Assembly (NCBI GenBank): GCA_965649825.1
Contig: OZ287704.1
Span: 666,301-730,300 of the forward strand
Reading direction: 5' to 3'
From: Penicillus capitatus
Taxonomy: Eukaryota > Plantae > Chlorophyta
Length of the DNA stretch: 64,000 nucleotides
Numbering within the stretch: the first letter of the stretch is position 1; each line of letters begins with the position of its first letter. A program made the position numbers and the translations under genes. This document shows positions 1 to 11,594 of the stretch, piece by piece. A model generated the notes under the pieces. The model was not told the DNA's origin, made no database searches, and worked only from the letters and a program-made list of their open reading frames with translations.

Positions 1-2685
1 AGATCGCTCAGCATTTTCGCGTTTCAGGTCATAGAATTGTTCGCGAAGATCCTCCATGTACCGTCGAATGCGTTTCTTTTTCTGCAGGGCGTGTGCTTCG
101 GCGAGTTCTTGCGACATCTTGCTTTGAGCTTCGTCAATCGAATATGTCTCACGACCAATGATGTCCTGCGCTTCTGGGCTGGGATCTTGTGACTTCAGAG
201 GCAGCCGTCGCTCAGAGAGGATCTGTTCGGCAATGTCCATCCCTGTCATTTCGGCCTTCTGCATGGAGAGCAATAAAGTGACGCGAGCAACATTCCGAGA
301 AGGCCTTGCCGTTGAAAAAAGAGTGCCATTGTGTGCGACGCTCACGATATGATGATGGTCCATTGACAGACCTAAACCAACAATGGCCCCGTTCTCTGAA
401 TCATGCAGCATCCATCGTTTTTCTTCGTGCCATCCAGATTCTCTTTCAGCATTTGTCGCTTCCATACGGCCGATGCAAACGATGCCGTCTTTGGAACCCA
501 AGATGAGACGGTTGGAAGAGGCGCAGACCCTGATACATGTCACGAACAAGCCGTTGTCGATCGAGGTCACCCATTTGAATGTACTGTCTGCCAAAGAAGC
601 GACGATAACCTAGAAAGAAACTCCAAATAGAAACAGAAAAGACGCTGCCCGGTGTGTACCGTATTGAAACTCCGTCCACCGAGCGATACAATCAGCCAAG
701 GATCACTGCTGCCTTCAGTAAACATATTTTCGATGGCCAGAATTGAAACGCTCTCGCAATTTGCGCCGTACAAAGATTCTGCTGGTACAGAAGCAAAGTA
801 TAAGACGCCAGAAGATGTGATGTTATGTACCTAGCCCTATTTCGACTGGTGAGCAATCGAACTGTTGTATTTCATTAGCGTGACATGGCTCCGACTGCTC
901 CAGGAACTGCAGATCGATCCTGAAGAGCTTTCCATGTCGTGTGCCATGATAGAGTTCTCTGTTTCCCTTCGCCAAACACCCAGCCGTCATCTCGTCCGCA
1001 GGAAGAGTACCCGCTGCGTCATCCAAAGGCACAGCACCCTTTCCAAGGGGCAGAAGATTGCAGCTTGAAAGCGAAAAGAAGAAAAGACTGCCATCTTGAG
1101 AGACGGTAGCCACGGATTCGTGCAAAGCATGAACAGCAATGACCGGCGCCTAGATGGACACCATTGGTAATGCCATCTCTTCGGCAATTCATGTCCGTGC
1201 CTTGTGCGGTTTGACAGCAGAGATGAGTTTCCATCCGTCGAGGCATCTCTTCAAAACACGCACCGTCCCATCTTCAAATCCAACGATGCAGTGTCGGCCG
1301 TCCAAATCTGAAGACAAAAGCATCGATCCCATGCACGTTGCGCCCGCGGAAAACGGAGCACTCTTGTATAGCAACCTCTTCTCCCTAAATAACAGCAGTC
1401 GTCTTTTATGTGACAGGGACGTTATATCTCTCACTCAATCGCGTACAGACAGATCGTTCCATCTCCAGCAGCAACAGCACAGCAGTCGCCTTTCTCAAAG
1501 ACGACCAATCCGCCGATTTTTCCCGAAGGAAAATCCCAGATCATCTCTATTTTCAGCGTTTTTTCGTTGGGATGTTGTGTCGGTGACGCCAATGAGAGCA
1601 GCCCTCCTGAGGCGAGAAACACAACCCAGGTGCGTTCTAGTTGGATCAAGCTCTCGATGCGATAAATCTTTCCCGCTTCTGATCCGTCCTGATCTTTTAG
1701 ATCGACAACGCGTAGAGGGATGACTTCCACGTAAGGAATGCCTCCGACCTCAGCATCGGGAGAATGCAACAATTGCTCCGGTGCCCAGAACTTAATACAT
1801 CCATCCGAAGCAGCTGTGATCACTTGATGTGATTTCATGTCCAGCTCCACGTGGCGGATGGCATCGTCGTGGCATTTCTTGCCACCAGGGCATCGGAATA
1901 CTGCCTGTGCGAAGCAATGGATTTCAAGACACCCGTTTGCCATAGCAACACACCTGAACCAGGCATTCCCTCCAGAGAAGCAGTTCGCCGCTGTCTGTTC
2001 CTGATACCACATCTCCATTCTCGAGCTCAGCAAAGGCAGGGACATCCGCCAACTCCACTTTGCCAAAACGTCCGAGTTCGCCTTGCAGTTTGGTACCCGT
2101 AAACGTATCCGCCAGCGTCCAGAATCGAATGTGACTCGTGCCGGATGTGATCAACTGCTTATCAAAAAATCGCGAAAACTTTACGGTATAGATCTCTTGC
2201 GAAAAAGCCTTGGAACGCAAAATCACATCGCCGCTCTTCCAGTCCCACAACGTCAGCAGAAAATCTGGACGGCCGCTAACCTACAACCGCTTGCGACGAA
2301 TACAGAAGCATCGAAGACGATGTGATCGACGTACGCTTGCGAGAATGGTGCCGTCGCGACTGAAATCCAAGGCGTCGATCTTTTGCTGCGCTCCGTTGTA
2401 CAATGCAATGACTTCTTTCGGCAAGTCACTGTCGCGAGAAGCAAAGACGACGATACGAGGAGGAGTTGTACTGCATTGCTCTCCAAGCGCCATAAAAGCG
2501 CCGTCGTCAGTAACCGCAATCGCTCCCAAACTGCTGCCCGTCGTCAGAACCGCCTGGGCGGATGGATTGCGTATGTCCATGATGACGGCATCGCGGCCGC
2601 CATGTATAACGAAGCGATGCCCATCGAGTCGATGGATAGGATGCCTTCGTGTGGCATCGATGGCGAGAGGACAGGCAGACGCCAT
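1..2685 (-). CDS. CFAP44: Cilia/flagella-associated WD40 protein 44 (WDR52); multi-exon, 3' end runs off the left edge
   Basis: Minus-strand exons give WD40 repeats with LWDWKSGDVILRSKAFSQEIYTVKFS...HIRFWTLADTFTGTKLQGELGRFGKVELADVPAFAELENGDVVSGTDSGELLLW, matching recalled CFAP44 sequence. Coiled-coil DIIGRETYSIDEAQ...LREQF lies at 1-165. Start ATG (2685) is inferred. Confidence 0.85.
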
Positions 2686-2773
2686 GGACCTCCACGGATG
2701 CGAACACTGCTGAGCAATGCAAGGCGTCACCGAATCAGATGTTCCATTTCTGACACATTCTGCGCATTCCACT

Positions 2774-3952
2774 ATGGCCCGACGCGCCGCTTATCTGACG
2801 GCAATGGCTCTGTCACGAGTCGCAACTATGGAGACTGTCGCGCCTTCCACGACTCGATCTGCCCACCTCTACTCGGCTGCTGTCGCCGCAGCAGGATCGG
2901 CTGTGTTATGGAGTGCCGATCGCAGCCTGGGTTGGCGCTTTCTATCAACGGTCATCGACTCCTGTCGTCTCTTAACAACTTCGACCGTGTTGCAGGCTGA
3001 GGCCATTGCCGATCAACGCTTCACTTTGCCAACAGTCGTGCTCTATCAGTACGAAGTCTGTCCCTTCTGCAGCAAAGTCCGAGCGTTCCTCGATTACCAC
3101 AAGGTCATAGATCTGTATTCCGTGCCTAGCCTGCTGACAGCTATCGGTGTTTTTAGATTCCGTATGAAGTGGTGGAGGTCAATCCCATTTCCAAGTCGGA
3201 ACTGAAATGGTCCAGCTACAAGAAGGTTCCGGTTGTGCAGTTAGGAGGGGAACAGATCAACGACAGTGACGTCATCATCTCAACCATCTCTGCAAAACTC
3301 AAAGATGATGCCTCACACAAATGGTCCATACCGATGCCGTTCTCCAACGACTGTCCTGGAAAAAGTGTGAGATTCTGTGCAGGTTTGACAAGAGTTCAGG
3401 TATTGCCTCGGACGGAACGGAGGCGGAGAAGAAATGGCGGACATGGGTGAACGAGAGGTATGTTCGGATCATCACGGCAAACATCTATCGTTCGTTTGGC
3501 GAATCGTGGGAGACGTTTGACTACATCGTCAAACATGGCAATTTTGGAACGGTATCTCGGTTGATGACCCGGATGTTCGGAACAGCCACGATGTACGTCA
3601 TCGGCACACGCATGCCAAAGAAATACAGCATCGAGGGCGACCTGCGCGAGGCGCTGTATGCAGCAACGGACGAATGGATCGAGGCATTGGAGGGCAAAGA
3701 CTTTATGGGCGGAAAGAGACCAAATCTGGCAGATCTTGCTGTCTATGGAGTGATCCAGGCAGTTGAAGGTATGAGTCTTGGACGCTGTCTAAGTGTTGAG
3801 ACAGACAGATATCTTTAGGGACGTCCGCCTACAAAGACGTCATGCAGAGGACGAAGATTCAGCCATGGCTACATAGAATGGCAGAGGAGGTCGGCGAGAC
3901 CTGCCGGACAAATCCTGCAAAGAATGAGACTGTGCTCAAGAGCGAACTCTGA
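2774..3952 (+). CDS. PTGES2: Prostaglandin E synthase 2-like (glutaredoxin/GST fold), organelle-targeted
   Basis: LYQYEVCPFCSKVRAFLDYHK|IPYEVVEVNP...YKKVP and FMGGKRPNLADLAVYGVI motifs; three GT-AG introns (first 3104-3156); TGA at 3950-3952. Confidence 0.9.
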
Positions 3953-4006
3953 ATGGAATAACAATATGAAACGGTATAATATCCAATGGCACGCCGTTCT
4001 CTCGCC

Positions 4007-6096
4007 TCACAGTTTCAGAACAGCCCCACCACCCGACGGCTTGGATGCAAAGATGCAGACATCCAATGCATCGGCAGCGATCTAGTCACATCACCCTCGA
4101 AAGAGGATTGCCCTCCTGTTGAAAACGCGACAGACCTGTCCAGATTGGATGCGCTTTGCATAGAAGCTGTCTTTGACGCTCTGTGTGAAGACGGCTGTGT
4201 GGGATTCGGGAATCAGAGAGACGGCACATCCTCCCCATCCTGCACCTGTTAATCGACTTCCCAATGCTCGATTTGCGTTGCAGATGGAAATCTGAGCATC
4301 CAACATCATGTGACGTTGCTATCGAGGCAGGCAAGGGTCACCAGTTCCTCAAGCTCAGGGCAACTGCAGTCGTAGAGGTCTCGACAACTGACATGGCTCG
4401 CATTCATATAATCGCCGATTCTTTTTAATTTCTCGTCTTCTGTCAGACCCGCATCCTGTCACATCAGAAAGGAGAATGGTACTTCGCATGCATTGCACAC
4501 TTCGCAGATTTCTTTGACACGCAGGACTCGAGCAGATTCTTCAAAAACATGAAGCGCTCGTTTGTGTAGCCGCAGTCCTCTGCCATTATCCCTTAACCAT
4601 TCCAAGACACGGAGACCGTTAGCAGAATCCTCAAATGACTTGTTCAACGAACAGCCGAGCGCGTCCTCCACCTGCACGATCGCAGTGTTCTCCATCCAGT
4701 CTAGGCATGTCTTTGAGAGACCTCTTGCACTGTATACTCTGCATCTCTCAGTACTTTTCTGACCAGATTTCCACAGAGAGAAGCCGGCACATCACCGTTC
4801 GACGATCCCAGCAGTGACGCTGCTCTCTCTGCTAGATCCTCGAGATCTTCGATCTGCTTCAACATCTTAATGTCTTGAATACGATCAAGTGGCAAACCGA
4901 GGGCTTGGCCCAGCAACATCGCTGCTGTCCGACACTCAACCACACGGAGATTGTATCTAAGTGCAAGGCAGTCGACGCCAGAGTGCGTCATATCGTGTGG
5001 CAAGATCTGACCTTTCAGCTGCTGTCTCTGCTTTGTTGGAGACGGTCAAGGAGTTGGCCACGACAAATGTGCCAGACAATGGCAACGATACATCTGTTCC
5101 CCGAACCTAGTCGGCCGGCACAACACGCAATGAACGGGATCGTGCACAAGGTGCTGGTACTGGATTGAATTCAATGAGCTTTGCAAAACCGGGCTCTGCC
5201 ATGATAGAGATCGCCTGATCCATTCCGCCAGATTCCGTCCCCGAATGCCTCTCACATGTGCATGTAAACTCAGCAATGTCGGATTTGGTCACGCGCTCTA
5301 ATAGCTGATGCACTGCCAAGATGGCTAGTGCAGAAGAACACACCAACGCAGACGAGCTTGATAGACCAGACCCTATGCAAAGCTGCTGGTGGCCTGGATG
5401 ATAAAAGCATGTGGCATGACCTGTCGGCACACGCCCGTCCACAAGGACCTGGAGTCCACTCGGAGTGGGATGCGAGATACCTCTGCTGTTTAAGAACTCA
5501 TAAACTCCCTGCGAAACGCATCGGTGACGGAGCTATCTGATTTCAATGTCGAATGGACCTTGTAGGCGGCCAGGAAGTAATTTGTCCATGCTTTGGACGC
5601 GATATCGACCTCTTGCTCTGGATCTACTGAATAGTGATGTGCCGGATACTTTTTCTCGTTCGAATTGATAATATGCAGTTCCTCTCCGTGTCGCCGTACT
5701 GCCACGACGGTATCCTGGTCAGCAGATCCAGCGGTACCTTCTGTGCAGATTGAATGCATTTGGACACACTTGTGCAATTGCCATGGGGAAAACGGCATAG
5801 CCTTCGTAGTCGATATGCTCCCCGATCAAATTCACTCGACCTGTGTCAGAGTAAAGAATCCATCCAGCGTTGCTCAAGAACACACATCACGTACCCGGTG
5901 ATCGGGCGTAGCACTCGGGCTCCGATTGGAAACACTCGATAAACTTCTTTCGAATTTCTTCGAATCTCTTCTTCGCATGTTCTGTGAATTGCCTTTAGCC
6001 ACAGCAGCTAAAGAGCGAGATCACTTTACCGTTGTCTGCACCGTAGACGTCGTCGATATTCGTGACGGTCGGAACGTGATCGCCATGGTCCATCAT
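4007..6096 (-). CDS. GALK: Galactokinase (GHMP kinase)
   Basis: Spliced product MMDHGDHVP...YARSPG|RVNLIGEHIDYEG, GSGLSSSSALV, CERHSGTESGGMDQAIS, GSRLTGAGWGGC, ending FASKPSGGGAVLKL*. Confidence 0.95.
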
Positions 6097-6168
6097 CAGA
6101 CGCGACGGACGAAATCGACGAGCATTCAGTGCATCGTCGCGTACCGTGCATTCTCTTGAGGCTTCATC

Positions 6169-8098
6169 ATGGGCAAAGGTCGAGACAAACGCCGAAAGAA
6201 GAAGGGCAGCACAAATGCTGGACTCGGTGCTGTTAAGACGCAACGAAAAACAGCCAAGAACGAAGAGAAGACGGAACGGCGACTCGATCGACGACTTGAA
6301 CGCGACGAAGAAGACGTCGACGCACTCATTGCGAAATTCAAACTGGAAGACGAACGCAAAACGCAAGTCGTCATTGAAGACGACTGCGACCCGCCCTCCG
6401 TTCGTGTGCATGCCACGTACACATCCCTCCCAGCAGAGGTCGAATGCACCTCCCTTCTTTTCTTTGCTACATATGGGTAACCAACGCTAGGTGCACAAGG
6501 ATGGTCTAGTCATGGTGTTCGGTGGAGAATATGAAGATCAGCAGGATCATCGGGTGTACACTTACAACGACCTCTACAAATTCAACTGCGAGAAGCACAG
6601 ATGGACCAGAATCGTGGCTCCAAACGGGTGCGTGTCTGCAGATCTTCTGGCAGCATCCATCTGTGTTCGGCTTGTAGTCCATCGCCAAGGTCTTCGCATC
6701 AGACAGTGTACTACAAAGGCAGTCTCTATGTTTTCGGTGGAGAGTTTACATCGCCAAGACAGGATCGATTCAAACATTTCAAAGATATCTGGAGATTTGA
6801 TCTCTCGAGCAATGTATGGGAGAAGTATGATATGAAGAAGGGTCCGACAGCACGTTCCGGCCATCGAGCTGCCGTCTACAAGGACAGAATGGTTGTCTTT
6901 GGCGGATTCAATGACGCCGGAGACGAGGCAGTGTTCGCCAAGACTCGCTATCCATCGTCCTCGTGGATTCCTGGTTGTTAGATACTACAACGATGTCTGG
7001 GTGTTTCATCTGGACGAGCTGCGCTGGGAGCTCGTGGCGGATGATGCATCTCAGAAGCCAAGCAAGAGAGGTGGCTGTCGAGCCGTGGTCCATGATCACT
7101 ATCTCTACATCTACGGAGGGTACTCGAAGTACAGGGATGAAGAGGACAAAGACATTGAACATGGGAAGACAGTCGATGACATGTGGCGACTCAACCTGCA
7201 TAACTACGCGGTACCGTGCCAAGTGTGTGAGACTATGTGTGAGTGTGGTCTCCCAGTGGGAAAAGGTCAAGAAAGCGGGAATAGCACCCAATGTGCGTTC
7301 TGGATTCAATATGTGTCTCCATCAACATCGATCCATCTTTTTTGGAGGAGCGACAGATAACGAGGCCAGGAAAGGTGAGCACATGCTGTGTCTCCTATCG
7401 AGGAAGTTGGTCGGATGTTGCTGTTCTTAGGGGAGAGCATCATTTCAGATTTTCACAACGATCTGTTTCAGTTCAACTTTGAAAAGCAGAGATGGTATAC
7501 AGTCAATCTCCGACCGCCCAGAATCGCCCGAAAGGATATTCTCCCGGGTTAGACACACCGGCTGCTTTACTCCATGACAGGAGCTGTTTCTTCAGATGCA
7601 GCTGCTGCGGCAAATCTGGCAGAAGAGGAGGAGAAACTGAGGAGACACAAAGCTGCTGTGAAGATACAGTCCAGGTGCGTCTCAAAGGGCAGTGGGTGAA
7701 GAAGGGAGTTAACTTGTCGCTGTAGGTATCGTGGCTACGCTGTGCGAAAAGCATACAAGGTGTACAAATTGGGAGGCAAAGTGACTGAACTGCTCTACTC
7801 TCCAGCGACATACGGATTCGATCTTTCTGTTCTCAACGCTCCGAAGCCAAGAGGACGCATCTCCGCCGGTCTCTGTGTCGTCAAGCATCATCTCTGGCTG
7901 TTTGGAGGCATCGTTGAGATTATGGACAAAGAGATCACACTGGATGACATCTGGCGACTCAGTCTGAAAAACTACGATGGATGGCATTGTATCAAATCGA
8001 ATATTGTGGGAGAGGACATCTTCAAGGAGGACCTCCAGAACACGGAGGAAGAATCGTCTGGGTCTGAAGACAGAGAGAGCGACATGGACACCGATTGA
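6169..8098 (+). CDS. KLHDC4: Kelch domain-containing protein 4-like, with an internal IQ motif
   Basis: Basic N-terminus MGKGRDKRRKKKG...KTQRKTAK, kelch repeats (VFGGE, YVFGGEFTSPRQDRFKHFKDIW, RSGHR, VFGGF, LWLFGG) and an acidic C-terminus. Confidence 0.9.
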
Positions 8099-8288
8099 TC
8101 TCAACAAAGACACCATCTTCACTCACTGTTCATAGAATAGCCATTCCTGTGTCAAAAAGATGGTTGGTAGAATTTTCAGCTTCTTCTGCTCGAGATTCGA
8201 GATTCGTGCGCGAGCGACGGCCTGGTGAGGAGGGTGGAGATGAGACGAGATGGCACTGATTGTCTTCGGACGCTTCGGGGTCGATAGT

Positions 8289-8362
8289 GGCTCCTTAGCT
8301 CAGCTGGTTAGAGCGCGGTGCTAATAACGCCGAAGTCATGGGTTCGATCCCCATAGGAGCCA
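8289..8362 (+). tRNA. trnI-AAT: tRNA-Ile, anticodon AAT (IAU), intronless
   Basis: GGCTCCT/AGGAGCC acceptor stem, D-arm TAGCTCAGCTGGTTAGAGC, anticodon stem CGGTG-CT AAT AA-CGCCG, T-loop GGTTCGATCC. Confidence 0.97.
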
Positions 8363-8367
8363 ATCTC

Positions 8368-8372
8368 TTTTT
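8368..8372 (+). terminator. RNA polymerase III terminator (T5) for tRNA-Ile
   Basis: TTTTT begins 6 nt after the discriminator base. Confidence 0.7.
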
Positions 8373-8526
8373 GTTACAATGGCCATTTCACATCTCAAAG
8401 AACCAGACACGCTCATGGCAGTTTAAATTTTACATTCACAACACCTTGTTTTCGCATAGCGTTCTCGTCCGTCTGTCCATTCATTTTTAACAGTCAAAGA
8501 AAACATTTGTAATTTGCCAAGAGACA

Positions 8527-9307
8527 CTATGCATCGATCTTCTTTTCTTGTTCTCCTTCGACTGCCGCGGAAGACTCGTCGCTCTCGTTCGATAACCCCT
8601 TGGGGTAGAAGGCCTCCCACCATCCAGGTGAGTAAGGTGAATAAGGCGCTCTCCAAATCTTCGGTTTCTCAAAATCTGGAATCTTTCCTCCAACTTTCAA
8701 AACTTCTTCCTTTGGCATGTCGCCAAGCCTGATCTCCATCACTTGATCCAACCGGGTTTTCATGAATCTGATAACAGGGACTGTAGCGAAAGGTATGATC
8801 GAAACAGGCTTTACCGCATCCAGACGTGATCCGGTGAGACCAGGGCGACACAGGGACGACCTATACGTTTGGCCTTTTCAGGATAACGGGCATCCAGCCA
8901 CCCCGGCTCAGGGACAAGGAAGAAGTCCACTTCATGTCCCTTGATGCCATAGTGACGCACTTTTTCGCGCAACTGCTCCGCCAAAGACTCGTTCTGGACG
9001 TCGTGCAACATGAACTCGGCATTAGCTATCAAAGCAATCCATTCCTAATCCCATTCCCCACTTCCCTTCCAGCCCATCGCGTCTTTCGTATTACCTCAGA
9101 TTTTGCCACATCTGATGTTCCTGACGCATCGGCCGCTTGCGTTTCCATCGCGTGCATAGCGATCAGGTGTCCTCTTCTCCATGGTCTGATCGAGGGACGG
9201 GTCCTTCGACTGTGGGAGGAAGGTGTCGCGACAACATGTGTCTGGCCGTTTCGGATATCATGAGCGGCGCACAGAGTCGATGGCAAACGACGCACGTGGA
9301 GAGCCAT
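8527..9307 (-). CDS. YCF54: Ycf54/LCAA/CGL78, auxiliary factor of Mg-protoporphyrin IX monomethyl ester cyclase, with plastid transit peptide
   Basis: Spliced EWIALIANAEFMLHDVQNESLAEQLREK...DFFLVPEPGWLD...RPCVALVSPDHVWMR|FMKTRLDQV...FEKPKIWRAPYSPYSPGWWEAF matches the family consensus. Confidence 0.9.
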
Positions 9308-9427
9308 AGTAAAACGGAGGGCAATAAAAAAGCGTGTAGCAGGCCAAAGCGGATCAACAGATCGGCTGGGTCACCTCACTCTGGACGTGACGTCAAAGCT
9401 CATATCATGCGACCGCCAGATCATGCG

Positions 9428-10802
9428 ATGAAGGACTCTGGCGTTTGGTTTTCTCTTTCCAAGATCTCGACATTCGCAAAGTGTTTCCTTTGCTACTCGT
9501 GTTCACGATGTCGGAAAACACAAGAACTCGAAACGACCTTTCTTTCGTGAAGTTTCTCGGCGAAAGTTGGCTGTTGCGCTACACGTACCTTAAGGAACAC
9601 GGCTCTCCGTCGGCCCACGATGCGACGCCTTCCAACCGCTGCGCATCTTTTCAGGTCTATATGTTACTGCACCGAACGGCAATGATCAGAATTCGGATGA
9701 TTCGCAGAAAAGTCCAACGACGAGCGTCGCGACCGACGAGTCGTATCCTCCTTCCATCTGGTGCGTCAGTCAGGAATGGTTTGGACAACGCCAGGCACTA
9801 CTCGTTGAACGTGCAAAGCTGGAGGAAGAGGTCAGGCGCAGCCAGCCACATGCGATACTCTCGTCTTGCCAATCGTTCTTGTTTTACAGACGTGGCACCT
9901 CGAAGAGACACGCCAGATGTTGGAGACGAAAGCAGCCAGCCTCGAATGCACGAGGGAAAAACTTCGTCGCCTGCGCCGCTTGATCTTCACCGGAATTGAA
10001 CGCCATCGGTCCGAACTCGGCGAATGGGTTCGATCATCTCCTTGTCGCGCCACGTCGATCTTGATTGTGTTTGCCGCAGCGAGAAAAGCTCGAGCAAGAT
10101 CGACTGGATCGTGACAAAGAAGGTCACCGTTTGGAAGAGCAAAGACGCGAGATCGAAGGCCTGCTAGCGGAACTCGACCGTCGTGAGCAGCACATCGAAA
10201 ACCGCAGACGCGAAATCGACACCTCCGAGCAAGAGCTTTGCAGCAAAGAGACGAAACGTGCAGAATTGGAAAGGCAACTGACGACCACATGCGAAAAGCT
10301 GGAGGCGTCGGAGAAGGACTTACAAGAAACGTACAAAGTAAAGCAGCAACTGATGGACGACATCGCCACGCTCGAGTCCAAAATCGAGAAAGGGAGCCTG
10401 AGAGTAGAACTTATGCGTTTTAATGTTCAGCAAATGCAAGACGTTAGCATAACTATGATTGTGTGATATGTGTGAGCTGTGTGTGGAGTGCAGGATGTGA
10501 AGAGATGGTTTGCAGGGTGGAAGGAGTTTCATCCATTGAAGGAGTGGGCCACGACGGCACCCATTCATTGTCCTTACTGTCTTTTCTACGAAAGCCCCGT
10601 GGGCAGCAGGATGCGACCGCAGGCCATCTCTCTGGCACATGAAAAACAGCTTCGTCTGTTTGACGAACTCATGGATCTCAAGGAACTGGGTCACACAACT
10701 CCAAGTGCCATCAGGAGCTACTGGAAAGAAGCGAAAAAGCGAGAAGATTTTTATCCGCGAGCGGCACACCTGTTCCGAACTCAGCATCTGAGAGAATTCT
10801 AA
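9428..10802 (+). CDS. Uncharacterised coiled-coil protein; 5' end unresolved
   Basis: Exons joined by GT-AG introns give a long heptad-rich E/R/K stretch (about 9770-10440) and a last exon containing HCPYC, stop at 10802. No consistent start exon was found. Confidence 0.55.
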
Positions 10803-10976
10803 ATTTTGTGGAGGGAAAGGGAAGGGAAGTGTAGATGAGAAATATACTGTGTCGAGGTGTGTTCTTACGTGCAGAGAATATACTGAACGAATTCCTGTAA
10901 GCAGACTTGTTTTCTATGATCTAATGGTAATGGGAGCCAGCTGATGCATTTGTTGAATGACTCAAGGAGGCCAAAA

Positions 10977-11092
10977 TGTTCGATTCTGCTTCCTGCAGCC
11001 AGCGCGTCCTATATTCAGCATGTAAAGCACTTGTTCGATTCTGCTTCCTGCAGCCAGCGCGTCCTATATTCAGCATGTAAAGCACTTGTTCG
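10977..11092. repeat. Perfect 55-bp direct tandem duplication (2 copies plus 6 nt)
   Basis: TGTTCGATTCTGCTTCCTGCAGCCAGCGCGTCCTATATTCAGCATGTAAAGCACT at 10977-11031 and 11032-11086. Confidence 0.97.
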
Positions 11093-11303
11093 TTTCTGAT
11101 CCAACCGAGATGTATCATTCAACACTTCATTACCTTATGCGTTTCATTTGCCGAACGGTAGATCTTCCGCGTCGCCGAAAGGCCGTGTGTTTCGAGTACT
11201 GTGTGGAAGGTGACGATCGCAGGTGTTCTTTTTTGAAGTTTGTATGTGGAGATTCGGCGTTTGTGTTGATGGACCATCTTTGTCGATGCTGATGGTACGT
11301 TGT

Positions 11304-11365
11304 GTGACGTCTGTCGCGAAGTCTACGTGCGTGACGTCTGTCGCGAAATTTATGTGCGTGATGTT
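11304..11365. repeat. Imperfect 27-bp tandem repeat (about 2.3 copies)
   Basis: GTGACGTCTGTCGCGAAGTCTACGTGC / GTGACGTCTGTCGCGAAATTTATGTGC / GTGATGTT. Confidence 0.9.
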
Positions 11366-11594
11366 AACCACCTGCTGGTATTGCGTGCTCTAAACGGGTC
11401 GTGCAGAGGCGACGGTTGTGTCAACATTCTCGAACGTCGTTCGTCGATTGCGCGCCTTCATACTGTGGCGCTACGCATTGAGCCGTCTAACTGCATCGCG
11501 CATCTTATCCCCCGCTGCGCTGTGCTACGCAAAAAGAGCGCATTGACTTCAGCCGTTATCGACGCGCGGAATTCTTTGGTCTTCTTGCGCCATA

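Noticed and set aside
9500-9660. In-frame TAA or TGA upstream of the coiled-coil gene, suggesting TAR=Gln recoding (as in some Ulvophyceae) or selenocysteine
   Set aside because: Long Gln-containing exons (ATG2 1152 aa, PETs 727 aa) have no in-frame TAA/TAG, conserved genes end in TAA or TAG, and no SECIS or selenoprotein motif was seen. An unresolved 5' splice pattern is more likely.
11174-11183. GCCGAAAGGC hairpin like hammerhead ribozyme stem II
   Set aside because: The flanking catalytic core (CUGAUGA...GAAA...UH) is absent.
10977-11365. Repeats as a CRISPR array
   Set aside because: Copies are directly adjacent with no spacers, there are only two units, the context is eukaryotic and there are no cas genes.
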